Origin: a virus
Direction: 5' to 3' (one strand)
Length of the DNA stretch: 64,000 bases
Virus record (IMG/VR): IMGVR_UViG_3300009068_000024
Span: 1-64,000 of that record
Below are positions 19,393 through 28,641 of the stretch, one piece after another. Each line of letters starts with the position of its first letter. The stretch's first letter is position 1. The notes beneath the pieces were generated by a model. The model was not told the DNA's origin. It saw only the letters and a program-made list of their open reading frames with translations, and did no database searches. The position numbers and the translations under genes were made by a program.

Positions 19393-22263
19393 TTACTTTC
19401 TTCTACTTGTTCTACTTGATGAACCGCCTGAACTGGCGGTAGCTAGAGCTGCTGCTTGGGCAATTTGTCCAACAACAAGGGTGGTTACAACAAGGTTTTG
19501 AGCCTTTTTACGGGCTTTAGGTGAAATATCGGCTCCAACGTTGCCAACTAAGTTCAAAACGTTAGCAATGGCTACTGCAGCCTGTCCAACACCCGGAATA
19601 TTAGCTAGAGCTTCGTCAACAACTATGTCATCTTGCTCTGCTGCAAGGTAAAGGGCGTCTAGGGCTTGTTCGTACTCTGCTGAGCCTTCTGTGGCTGTTT
19701 CAAAGGTTTCTAAAGCGGCTTCTACAAGCAAAACGGCCTGTTCTGGGCTAAGTTCTGTTGGGTCAATTTGAGATAGATCTATTTCTTGTAGATTGCTTGC
19801 GTCTAGGTTCGTTGGAACTTCTGCTGAGCCCTGTGGGGTGTTGAAGATGTTGGTGGCTTCATTGATGATGTCTGGGATTGTGGAAGTGGTAGCCTGGGCA
19901 ACTTCCAATGAAGACTCGAATGAGGCTGATGCGTTGTCGGTGGTGGTTTGGGCTTCTTTCGCTGCAGTTGATGCTTCTTTTGATGTGATGTCAGCTTGGG
20001 TTGAGTTTGCTGCAGCTAGATCTGCGTCAACTTGAGCTTGGTCTTCGTTGGAAGTTGCAGAGCTTAGCAATCCTGTTTGTGTTTCTAGTTCTTGCTGGGC
20101 TTGAGCTTGGGTGGAGGATGCTTCTTCTAAAGCTGTCTGTGCTTGTTCGTTGGAAGTTTGGACGTCTTGACTTTTTCTGCTTTCTGTGTTATAAGCATCT
20201 TGAGCTGCCTGAAGCTGGGAGTTAGCTGTGCGTAAATTCTGATCTGCTTCGTTGGAAGTTGAGATGGCAGCTTTCTGGCTCCTGTCGGCCTCATCAAAGG
20301 CTTGTTGTGCATCTTGAGTTGCAGAGTGGGCTTCGTTTGAAGTTACCTGGTCCTGGTTGAATGCGTTTTGATAGACGTCCAGATTTGCAGAAAGGGTGTT
20401 TAAGGTGGTAGCAGTATCTATGACTTGGTAGTAAGCAGTTGTAGAGTTTTGGGCTGCTACCTGTTGGTCTGCTTGTGCGATCTGCCAGTCTTCCTCTGCT
20501 TGCTGGTTAGCAAGAACGGTTGCGTCGTAATAGATTTGTGCGTTCTGTAGAGCAGGGAGTAGAGCAGGGTCGTGGATTAGTGGGTGGACTTGTCCAGGGA
20601 CTACCTCTGTGGTGTAGTAGGTTTCGTAGTCCCATACAGTTTGTTCAACGTAGGTAGTTGTAGTGGTAGATGTTGTACCTAGGTAGGATGGCGGAACTAG
20701 AACATAGCCTGTCTGTGGGGTGTAGTAATAAAGCCAGACGTTAGCTCCGCCACCATTCTCGTAATAGTAGAGGGTTATGGTGTGGGTGGAGCCACCTTCA
20801 AAATAAACTGGTGCAGAGGTAGAACCGCCTCCACCTTTGTCTCGCCAGTCGCTGATGATTTGAACTCCGTCGATTTGGAGAATAGTTCCGTCATCTGCTG
20901 GTGAGTAGAACTGGTAGTTGCCGGAGGTTGGAAATGAGATGTTTCCCGTGAAACGTACAATGACATCTTCGCTTCTACCTGAGTTAAGAACCTGTCCTGA
21001 ACCCCAGTTGAAGTTGATGTCTGGAACTATGGTTGTGTAGATAGGTCGCTCTAATGAAGATGGGAGTGGTGGAGCATTGTTATAGCCTTGGCGATTAAAT
21101 ACGTCAGCGATTAGGCCGCCTGTAAGGGTTGTGGTTGTAACTGGAACAATGGTGGTGGTTGGAACTAAGCGTTCGTGCTCTTGTTCATAAGTAAGTGGAG
21201 TCCACGTTGGGTCAGGAATTAGGTTGTTGTCGTAGTTCCATTGTGCTTGGTTGAGTTGATCTTGAGCTGCCTCTAAGTTAGAACGAGTGATATTTACTAC
21301 ATCCTGTGCATATAGGTAGTCGTTGTAAACGGTGGTGTAGATATCTAATGTTTGATTGTAATTAGCAAGAACTTGGTTGTAAGTAGCTCTAGCTGCGTCA
21401 ACTTCTGATTGCTTCGTTTGAAGTTCTACGGTAGCTGCAGCTAGATCTTCCTGTGCCTGTGCTTCGTTTGAAGTTGCAGATGAGAGCTTTTGTTCTGCTT
21501 GTGCTTTCTGTGCTTGAGCATTTGAAAGTGCTTGTTGTGCTTGGGCGAGTGTTGATGCTGATTCGATGGCGTTTGTTTGACGTTCGTTTAAAGTTTGTAG
21601 CGCCTGAGCTGTGATGGAGTTCTGCTGCGTCAATGCTTCCGTCGAGTTCGTTAGAAGTTGTTGGGCCTGGAGTACACCCGCATTTGCGTTGTCTAGCTGA
21701 GTCTGGGCTTGAGCTACGGCGGCCTTCTGAACTTCTAATTTCTGTTTTGTGGCTTCGTGGGAAGTTTGAGAGGAGGTGAAAATCTTTCTCTTATCCTGTG
21801 CGTCTTTGTCTGCAAGAGTTTGTGTTTTTAGGGCGTAGGTAAGAGCTGTTTTTGCTTTGTTATAAGTGTCTAGGGCTGACTCAAGGTTAGAAACGTCAGT
21901 TTTCAGAGTTTGAATAGCTGTTTGAGCTTTTTTAATGGCTGTTTGGAGCTCTGGAGAATCATTTGTAGGCTGTTTTTCAAGAAGTGTGTTGAGTTGCGCT
22001 TGGTAGTCTGCTAGAGTAGACTTTAAAGTATTAAGATCTTCAACTGAAGGAGTTAGAGATGATTGTAACCGTTGACTTAGATAGTTTTTGGGTTGGTTTA
22101 GTAGTTGGTTGGATCTCACTGATTGTTGTGAGCTCGATTGCGTCTGTACTGGTAAACCGAAAGAAGAAGTAGCTAAAGCTGACTCTGCATAGCAGATCGG
22201 TAAGCCTGAAAGGAGTGTCGCAATTATGATTTGCGGCACTTTTTTTGATTTATTGCGTTTCAT
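19393..22263 (-). CDS. Secreted/surface coiled-coil protein with central PA14 carbohydrate-binding domain
   Basis: N-terminal signal-like MKRNKSKK-hydrophobic-ALA; Ala/Gln coiled coils; INFNWG.G...RFTG.I....G.Y.F...ADDG..L.IDG...YYENGGGA PA14 motifs. Confidence 0.8.
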   Translation of the reverse strand: MKRNKSKKVPQIIIATLLSGLPICYAESALATSSFGLPVQTQSSSQQSVRSNQLLNQPKNYLSQRLQSSLTPSVEDLNTLKSTLADYQAQLNTLLEKQPTNDSPELQTAIKKAQTAIQTLKTDVSNLESALDTYNKAKTALTYALKTQTLADKDAQDKRKIFTSSQTSHEATKQKLEVQKAAVAQAQTQLDNANAGVLQAQQLLTNSTEALTQQNSITAQALQTLNERQTNAIESASTLAQAQQALSNAQAQKAQAEQKLSSATSNEAQAQEDLAAATVELQTKQSEVDAARATYNQVLANYNQTLDIYTTVYNDYLYAQDVVNITRSNLEAAQDQLNQAQWNYDNNLIPDPTWTPLTYEQEHERLVPTTTIVPVTTTTLTGGLIADVFNRQGYNNAPPLPSSLERPIYTTIVPDINFNWGSGQVLNSGRSEDVIVRFTGNISFPTSGNYQFYSPADDGTILQIDGVQIISDWRDKGGGGSTSAPVYFEGGSTHTITLYYYENGGGANVWLYYYTPQTGYVLVPPSYLGTTSTTTTTYVEQTVWDYETYYTTEVVPGQVHPLIHDPALLPALQNAQIYYDATVLANQQAEEDWQIAQADQQVAAQNSTTAYYQVIDTATTLNTLSANLDVYQNAFNQDQVTSNEAHSATQDAQQAFDEADRSQKAAISTSNEADQNLRTANSQLQAAQDAYNTESRKSQDVQTSNEQAQTALEEASSTQAQAQQELETQTGLLSSATSNEDQAQVDADLAAANSTQADITSKEASTAAKEAQTTTDNASASFESSLEVAQATTSTIPDIINEATNIFNTPQGSAEVPTNLDASNLQEIDLSQIDPTELSPEQAVLLVEAALETFETATEGSAEYEQALDALYLAAEQDDIVVDEALANIPGVGQAAVAIANVLNLVGNVGADISPKARKKAQNLVVTTLVVGQIAQAAALATASSGGSSSRTSRRK

Positions 22264-22333
22264 ATGAGATATCTCTCTATAGAGGTGTATCTCTCCCAAA
22301 TCTATTTTACCGCAAAATAGATTTTATGACCTT

Positions 22334-22744
22334 TTAATTGAAGTTGTCGGGAATCCGTGCTGACCACTCTTCAATGGTCATTTCTCTTTGTTTTGCAATT
22401 GTTCCCTGTGCGAATCCAACTAAGAACCAGTGGAAAACTCCAAAAAATACGTTATAAAAGCCAATTAGGATATAAAGCTCGAAAGAAGTAAAAATGAAGC
22501 AAAACGTCAAAAGTATCGCTGATATCAAAAATGAGAAAATAGGCCAAATGTACGATTTTGTCCAATACCAGATCATTACGGGCCAAGCGGCTGCGCTCAA
22601 AATTATCGAAATTATGATGTCTGGCGGGTATTCGTCGCCTTTATATGTGGAGAAGATCCAAGCTCTTCCGGAGGATTTTTTGTGCAATTTTTTGTACAAA
22701 AGTACTTCAGAATCGGTTAAAACTGGCAGTTCACGGTGGCTCAT
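22334..22744 (-). CDS. Membrane protein
   Basis: Three hydrophobic segments; likely start MSHRE. Confidence 0.5.
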   Translation of the reverse strand: MSHRELPVLTDSEVLLYKKLHKKSSGRAWIFSTYKGDEYPPDIIISIILSAAAWPVMIWYWTKSYIWPIFSFLISAILLTFCFIFTSFELYILIGFYNVFFGVFHWFLVGFAQGTIAKQREMTIEEWSARIPDNFN

Positions 22745-22783
22745 CAGGGATCCTTTCTGGGGGTCTTGTGTACAATCTGTAAA

Positions 22784-22890
22784 AGATACTATCAGGTTTT
22801 TTGAAAAAATATGTAAAAAAGTCAATAGTATCTATGTTAGAGATACTATCGGAAAAAACAAAAGTTTTTGTAAAAAAGTTGATAGTATAA
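22784..22890. repeat. AT-rich duplicated unit with GATACTATC direct and inverted repeats at a strand switch
   Basis: AGATACTATC at 22784 and 22841, inverted copies at 22824 and 22881, TGTAAAAAAGT twice. Confidence 0.7.
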
Positions 22891-23048
22891 CTAATCCAAT
22901 ATACACTTTATGGATTATTGCAACTATATTTTCCCTTAATGCGGAATTTTTTCTCTATACGCGTAGTAAAAAAAGGTTGAAATAAACCAATAAATGGGTT
23001 TTTAGTTGTGTTATAGTTGTTTTGTAAGGTATCATTTTTAATTATCGA

Positions 23049-23498
23049 TTGGAGATAAAATTGGAAGAAAATAAGGATGCAATGAGCTTTTTCGATTTCT
23101 CGGAAGAAGAAGCTTTACAAGTTGCAGAAGAAGAAGTTATTCGAACTAGAGAACGTGATGGACGGATCTGTATCTGTGGACATCCAAATACCAGACACGC
23201 AACTTATGCTGATGTAGTGTCTTGTAACCCGACTAGGATGGCTTGCGATTGTAAGCAAATTCGTCTAGTTTTGGAAGTATCTGATACAAGACTGTTTTTG
23301 AGAAAAACTAATGGATCAGGAACTTCACACGCTTTGAGCAAATCTATGTCTAAGGCAAAATCTCTTGGAGTAGAGGTAAAGTGGCTGATCGACCCTAAAT
23401 GCGACAGATGTAATATAGTGAAGCCAGTTAGTCCAGTTGCAATCTCTCAAAATGGAAGACACGGATATAACGCATTTCTCTGTGTTGACTGCCGATAA
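23049..23498 (+). CDS. Cys-rich hypothetical protein
   Basis: CICGH...H..C...C.C and CDRC/CVDC motifs. Confidence 0.65.
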   Translation: MEIKLEENKDAMSFFDFSEEEALQVAEEEVIRTRERDGRICICGHPNTRHATYADVVSCNPTRMACDCKQIRLVLEVSDTRLFLRKTNGSGTSHALSKSMSKAKSLGVEVKWLIDPKCDRCNIVKPVSPVAISQNGRHGYNAFLCVDCR

Positions 23499-23522
23499 GA
23501 TAACCGATAGGATAAATACACA

Positions 23523-24008
23523 ATGACAATAGATAAACCGATAGTTCAAACCTACGCTGAGTTCAGATACACAAAACAAGGCTCCATCCTTGAGATCAAA
23601 TATCTTGATGAAGCATTAGTGATTGTTAGAGACACTATCTACGAAAACATAGGCGTTCGAGAAGATGTGAGTGGTAGAGCTACCTACTCGATCAGTAGCA
23701 AAGGAGTCTATCTCAAAGTTTGGATTGAGCAGTATATGAATACAATCAATGAGTTCAATGCCAATGAAATTATTCAGCAAATTATGGAAAACATAATCAA
23801 AGCTGGAATTGAGAATATAGAGTTGGAAAGTGTCTTTGAGTACGAAAACCTAAATGGTGAGATACTTATCACCTGCCCTAAATGTACAGGCACCGGAATA
23901 ATACATAGAGTAGATACGGAAGATTGCCCCCAATGCGAGGGTTGGGGTATAACCTTCTCCAACGATCCAAAACTTAAAATCGTTCCCTTAGTTGTGAAAG
24001 GCTCGTAA
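23523..24008 (+). CDS. Hypothetical protein with DnaJ-type CxxCxGxG zinc finger
   Basis: CPKCTGTG and CPQCEGWG. Confidence 0.65.
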   Translation: MTIDKPIVQTYAEFRYTKQGSILEIKYLDEALVIVRDTIYENIGVREDVSGRATYSISSKGVYLKVWIEQYMNTINEFNANEIIQQIMENIIKAGIENIELESVFEYENLNGEILITCPKCTGTGIIHRVDTEDCPQCEGWGITFSNDPKLKIVPLVVKGS

Positions 24009-24502
24009 TGGAGTATATAGTTTTAGAAATATCAGATATCGAGCTAGAAGTTATACCAATGCACGAACTTCCGGGACTCAAGGTTCTCCGTGTTTTAAGT
24101 TCTCCCCCGGATATGCAAAGACTAAAAATGTCAGCTGACTTACTTAGACTGGCTTTAAGAAATCCTGAAGATTGGAATGGGATTGTCAAGTTTCTTTCAA
24201 TGGGAGAACTTATGAAAATTATTGACCAATGGATGGAAAAAAGCCAAGAAGATTCGAATCGGAAATCTGAGGAAGAAGAATATTACAATGACCTTGTCAG
24301 AGAAGAACAGGAGTTTGAGGATGACCTAGACTTCGAACAAAAAGCTATGGAAGATTATGAAGATATAGATTCGGAGTATGAAGTTCCAGAACTTACCCCC
24401 GAAATCTTGTACGACGCATTCGTTGAGTATCTTTCAGAATACAAAGATCCAACTGAAATAATTAGTCCAGAGGAATATGATGAAGGCGAAGAATCCGAAT
24501 AG
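24008..24502 (+). CDS. Acidic hypothetical protein
   Basis: Coupled TAATG start; D/E-rich C-terminal half. Confidence 0.6.
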   Translation: MEYIVLEISDIELEVIPMHELPGLKVLRVLSSPPDMQRLKMSADLLRLALRNPEDWNGIVKFLSMGELMKIIDQWMEKSQEDSNRKSEEEEYYNDLVREEQEFEDDLDFEQKAMEDYEDIDSEYEVPELTPEILYDAFVEYLSEYKDPTEIISPEEYDEGEESE

Positions 24503-24633
24503 ACCAATGTGTGGTTTTTGCGCCACAGGTCATCACGAAAACTGTAAAACCGAAATCAAGTATTACGACAACATTTGGTACTGTGATTGCACGAAGTGTC
24601 ATCCGGACAAAAAAGAAGAAGTAGAGGAAACTA

Positions 24634-24879
24634 ATGAGTCTTAGTGAACCGCTAAGAGATTCTGCTGGAAGATGGGTCGGCACTCCTCATAGGGGAGTGG
24701 ATTTACCTAAAAGCTGGAGTCCGGGAATGTCCGATGAAGAACTAACCACCATTTGGGGATTCAATTCCGATTTGAGGGAACAGCGTAAATTAAAACTTCA
24801 AGCAGATAGAAATGCTAGGTTAGAAAAGACTCAGGAATGTTGGGGTGAAGTATGCAACTGCTCACACCGAAAGAAGTAG
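24634..24879 (+). CDS. Hypothetical protein
   Basis: GAGG RBS; RDSAGRW motif. Confidence 0.55.
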   Translation: MSLSEPLRDSAGRWVGTPHRGVDLPKSWSPGMSDEELTTIWGFNSDLREQRKLKLQADRNARLEKTQECWGEVCNCSHRKK

Positions 24880-25289
24880 CCAAAGAACTCTTCGTCACAG
24901 TTGGTATGGTTCAATATTGGATTCGGAAAGGTCGCCTCAAGAAGTATCCAACTTCCAACGGATATAACTATTTGGTCGATCTGGAAGAAGCTAAGTTTGC
25001 TTCCAAGTGGAAAGAGAATATTTTAAAAATTAATCCTGATTTGATAACAAGACAAGAAGCATCTGAAATCTTATTTCTAACAGAAAGATCTGTTTCGTAC
25101 CACATTTCCGTTGGACATCTGAAAAGGTATTATGTTTTGGGTGATGATAGACACTATTTACTTAATAAAAACGAAGTCATTGAGCTTTTATATAGCGAGC
25201 CTTATTACAAGAACAAAGACAGAAACGAGAAACTTCGTCAACTGGCACTTAATCAGAAAAAAGACAGAAAAGGTAAGTTTTGTAAATAG
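24852..25289 (+). CDS. Tandem excisionase/MerR-like HTH DNA-binding protein
   Basis: LLTPKEVAKEL.VT...V..WIRKGRL and LITRQEASEIL.LT.RSV...I..G.L repeats. Confidence 0.75.
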   Translation: MQLLTPKEVAKELFVTVGMVQYWIRKGRLKKYPTSNGYNYLVDLEEAKFASKWKENILKINPDLITRQEASEILFLTERSVSYHISVGHLKRYYVLGDDRHYLLNKNEVIELLYSEPYYKNKDRNEKLRQLALNQKKDRKGKFCK

Positions 25290-25580
25290 TTTTATTTAAA
25301 AAGTAAAACTTTCAAACTTTACTTAGTCCCCCCTAGAAGCCTTATAGTTTCAGGGGGATTTTTTTGTTTCTAAACCACAAAAAGTTGTCGTCTCACACCT
25401 CACGCCTAAAAAACTTTTCAAACTACCCCCATAATGAGAACTATCAACCTTGTATAAAAAAGGTTGCGGGAAGGCTCCCCTTACTAGCGTTTACAATATC
25501 GAACGCAAAAGAGGTCGGGTGGAGTCACGAGCCTCTCCCCGGTTGACTCCATCCGATCCAAACTTCGAACGAAGGAACAT

Positions 25581-26594
25581 ATGACAGAAGATAACTCAGA
25601 TCCAGGATCCTCATCCTCAACTTCTAATGAACGTCCATTGGAAGTTAAGATCGATCCTTTCGAAGCTCCTCCCGTAGAAGCTCCTATTATAGAAATCAAT
25701 GAACCTTTAAACATACGTCCAGACCTTTCCGAAATCGGAATCGAAGAAGTTGACCGCGGCGTTTGTGATGACACATTCGAAAACCGTCAACTCCTACGTC
25801 GAGCAAAGTTCAACTGGATTCCAGTGTACGCATCCAACGGAGTTCCAACGGGACTCATCCAAGCAATCTCAACCGAGATGGCAACCGAGAAACGTATCCT
25901 CTCCCTTGCCGAGAAAAAACCCATCCTCACAGATCCAACGAACAAAAACTCAGATTATCTAACGGGCCTCGATCTTCTAGCTGAAGAAGCGTCCGACTAC
26001 ATCTGCCCACCTTGGGTCATCGGCGCAACTCGTGCTTATATAAAAGAACAATCCGCGCCCCCGGTCTCATCAAAACGTAAACCGGCCGCACTTCCAACGA
26101 GATGTTCCAACGTAAAGGATGACGGGATCCGCTGCCAGCTCTGGTCTTCAGGACGTTTACAAGATGACGGTCTTTGCCGAATTCACCTGAGAAGCGTAAA
26201 ACACAGGCCAGGCGATGACATCGAACGAGCTCGTCAGAAGTTATTCCAGGCAGCGCCGTACGCCGTCGACGTTCTCGAAGATATGATGAGTAACGCAGAG
26301 TCTGAGCCAGTGAAGCTAAAAGCTGCGACTGAAATTCTTGACCGAGCCGGAGTCCGCGGCGGGATGGAGATCGACACAAACGTTTCGTTGGAAGTTCGTC
26401 CGGCCGCAAGCATCATTGCTGAACGTCTAAACAGACTTGCAACAAACGCAATCGACGCAGCCGCCAGGCTCAGTGAGGCAGGCATCCTGGTAACTTCCAA
26501 CGAAGTTGAACCGACCCAAGAAACTGCAGCGCACACTGCCGGATCTACAACTTCTAACGAAGACATTGTTGACGCAGAGATCCAGGAGGACTAA
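25581..26594 (+). CDS. Probable terminase small subunit
   Basis: RC...K.DG.RC...LC.IH Zn motif followed by AAPYAVDVL...ESEPVKLKAATEILDRAG, a pattern I associate with actinophage TerS-like proteins. Confidence 0.5.
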   Translation: MTEDNSDPGSSSSTSNERPLEVKIDPFEAPPVEAPIIEINEPLNIRPDLSEIGIEEVDRGVCDDTFENRQLLRRAKFNWIPVYASNGVPTGLIQAISTEMATEKRILSLAEKKPILTDPTNKNSDYLTGLDLLAEEASDYICPPWVIGATRAYIKEQSAPPVSSKRKPAALPTRCSNVKDDGIRCQLWSSGRLQDDGLCRIHLRSVKHRPGDDIERARQKLFQAAPYAVDVLEDMMSNAESEPVKLKAATEILDRAGVRGGMEIDTNVSLEVRPAASIIAERLNRLATNAIDAAARLSEAGILVTSNEVEPTQETAAHTAGSTTSNEDIVDAEIQED

Positions 26595-26599
26595 CCGAC

Positions 26600-26806
26600 A
26601 TGCATAGCTCGGATCCGCAACTTCTAACGAACGCACGTGAACTCGCATCCCAGCTTGCTGCAGACGTTAGCCAGGCGTCCACTAGACTGGAACATATAAG
26701 ACTTACAGCCAGAGCTAACGAAGCAGCGAATTTGCTGCAGGCCCTGGAGAAACTTCTAACGACCGGAGAGATTGATGACGAGAGCGAACCGCCAAGCGTT
26801 TCTTAA
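26600..26806 (+). CDS. Hypothetical protein
   Basis: GGAGG RBS; helical 68 aa. Confidence 0.65.
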   Translation: MHSSDPQLLTNARELASQLAADVSQASTRLEHIRLTARANEAANLLQALEKLLTTGEIDDESEPPSVS

Positions 26807-27557
26807 TGAAGCCGAAAAGCACATTGGGTATCAAGCACGTATGAATAAAGGTTCAACGTACGGAGAACTAGTTGGTCACCCAGACAGGGATTGGAACGGC
26901 AGCTTCATCGACGTGATCGCACGAACCGTTGGTTTGAACTTGCCATCGCATGTGCACACAGCTGCAGCTCTGAGCTACTACTTCCAACGAGGGATGACGC
27001 ACGTTCGACCAAAACCAGGCGACATCGTCTTCTTCAGTTTTTCTCACGGAGACCCTCAGGGTATGCCTCACGTAGGAATTGTCACTGACGTCGAGCACTT
27101 TTCAAAGCATGGGATGTTTCAGACGATCGAAGCTCAAACTTCCAACGGAACTCCAAAAGGCAGCGCAGCTAACGACGGCGTCTACAGACGAAACCGTTAT
27201 GTTTACGAAGTACTCGCCTTCGCCAGGCCAAACTTCAAACGAACATTTCCGAAGAAGCAGGATGCTGCAGCTCATCCGGATCCAGGTAAACTTCCAACGA
27301 AGCCGTCCGTTAAAAGTTCCATCATTATTCCAGGACTCAAACACCCTTGCATTATTACCGTCCAACTTGCACTTGGCATGACCGTCGGTCTGCGCGGAGC
27401 TAAGCGAGGAGAGTGGGACCACAAGACGGCTGCAGCCTTCGCTAACTTCCAACGAAGAATCGGATATATCGGAAGCAGTGTCAACGGGATTCCTGACCTC
27501 CCGAGTCTCGAACGTCTGTCTCTAGAAACCGGAAACTTTTTTATAACGATTCCATAA
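26772..27557 (+). CDS. CHAP-like amidase domain + peptidoglycan-binding domain
   Basis: A..HIGY, W(N)GSF, PKPGDIVFF, HVGIV, TIE..T; C-terminal G.W...T.AA...FQRR. Confidence 0.75.
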   Translation: MMTRANRQAFLNEAEKHIGYQARMNKGSTYGELVGHPDRDWNGSFIDVIARTVGLNLPSHVHTAAALSYYFQRGMTHVRPKPGDIVFFSFSHGDPQGMPHVGIVTDVEHFSKHGMFQTIEAQTSNGTPKGSAANDGVYRRNRYVYEVLAFARPNFKRTFPKKQDAAAHPDPGKLPTKPSVKSSIIIPGLKHPCIITVQLALGMTVGLRGAKRGEWDHKTAAAFANFQRRIGYIGSSVNGIPDLPSLERLSLETGNFFITIP

Positions 27558-27597
27558 CGGGGTTGCGTTCTTTTATATAACGTGCTAACTTTCTTAT

Positions 27598-28353
27598 ATG
27601 GAAGAAAATTTGAAATGCACGCGGTGCCTAGTATGGAAACCGACGTCCACTATATTCACTGAACTAGGCGAGCTAACTGCTTGCATAGACTGCAAAGATA
27701 CCTGCAGAGACTGCTCAACCGAGACTCCAGAAGAACTGCTCGAACACGGATTGTGCCTAAGTTGTTGCCAAGAAATGGACGAAGAGGCCGAAGAGAATGG
27801 ATACTACGATGAGTAAGCAATGCTACTCCTGCCCCGACCTAATATCCAACATCGGGACAGCGTCAATGTTTATAAGCGGAAATAAACAGTATTATCAATG
27901 CGCTAACTGTATGGAAGGTTCAAACTGTTTCACGTGTGAGGGATGTGGAGACGGACTAGCCAGCGAATGCGTTGATTATGTTCCTAGCCGATACAGAGAG
28001 TGGTGGTGCATTAGTTGCGCCGAAGACCACGAAAGTGTTAGGCTTGATTTTGAAAACAATTGGATTTTCAAGGAGGAAAACTAATGCGTATAGGCACCAA
28101 CAAACAGTGGGAACTAAGCGTTTGCGATTCCTGCGCATATTTCATCATTGACCATTTAGGCGAATGGATAGCATTTCAAAGCAAATCGCCACACTATTGC
28201 ATTGACTATCTAGAAGACGCAAACACTAGAGTCAGAGAACCCCACAAACCGTCAAAGTTGTACGACGATGACTGGATAAAAAAACTGTGGACGTCTGCAA
28301 ATAGAACAGTAGCAATAGCTTTTCGACATTGGTATATGACAGAACTCGACTAA
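27598..28353 (+). CDS. Three small Cys-rich hypothetical genes (27598..27816, ~27809..28084, ~28084..28353)
   Basis: Overlapping start/stop codons, CxxC pairs; terminator at ~28354-28386. Confidence 0.6.
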
Positions 28354-28641
28354 AAATTCCCCGCCTAAACAGCGGGGATTTTTTTTGCCAAACCGGGAAT
28401 AAATCTGAAAGTAGCTTTCCAGGCAAAAACTTCCAACGAACGTCCATACGAAGTTTTCTACCGAATGCGTAATTTTTTTCTCATCCAGGCAAAACTTCCA
28501 ACGAACCTACGTGCGAAGTTCAGAAGGGATCCGGATCCGGCAGCGGGCGCAACTTTCAACGAGCTTCATTGGAAGTTGTAGTTTTCACAGTCGATGACAA
28601 AATCTTCTTGACTTTTAGAACTAAACCGATAACATAGAAAT

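Noticed and set aside
22494-22985. 163-aa plus-strand ORF
   Set aside because: Antisense to the membrane-protein gene and runs through the AT-rich repeat region; no RBS or motif
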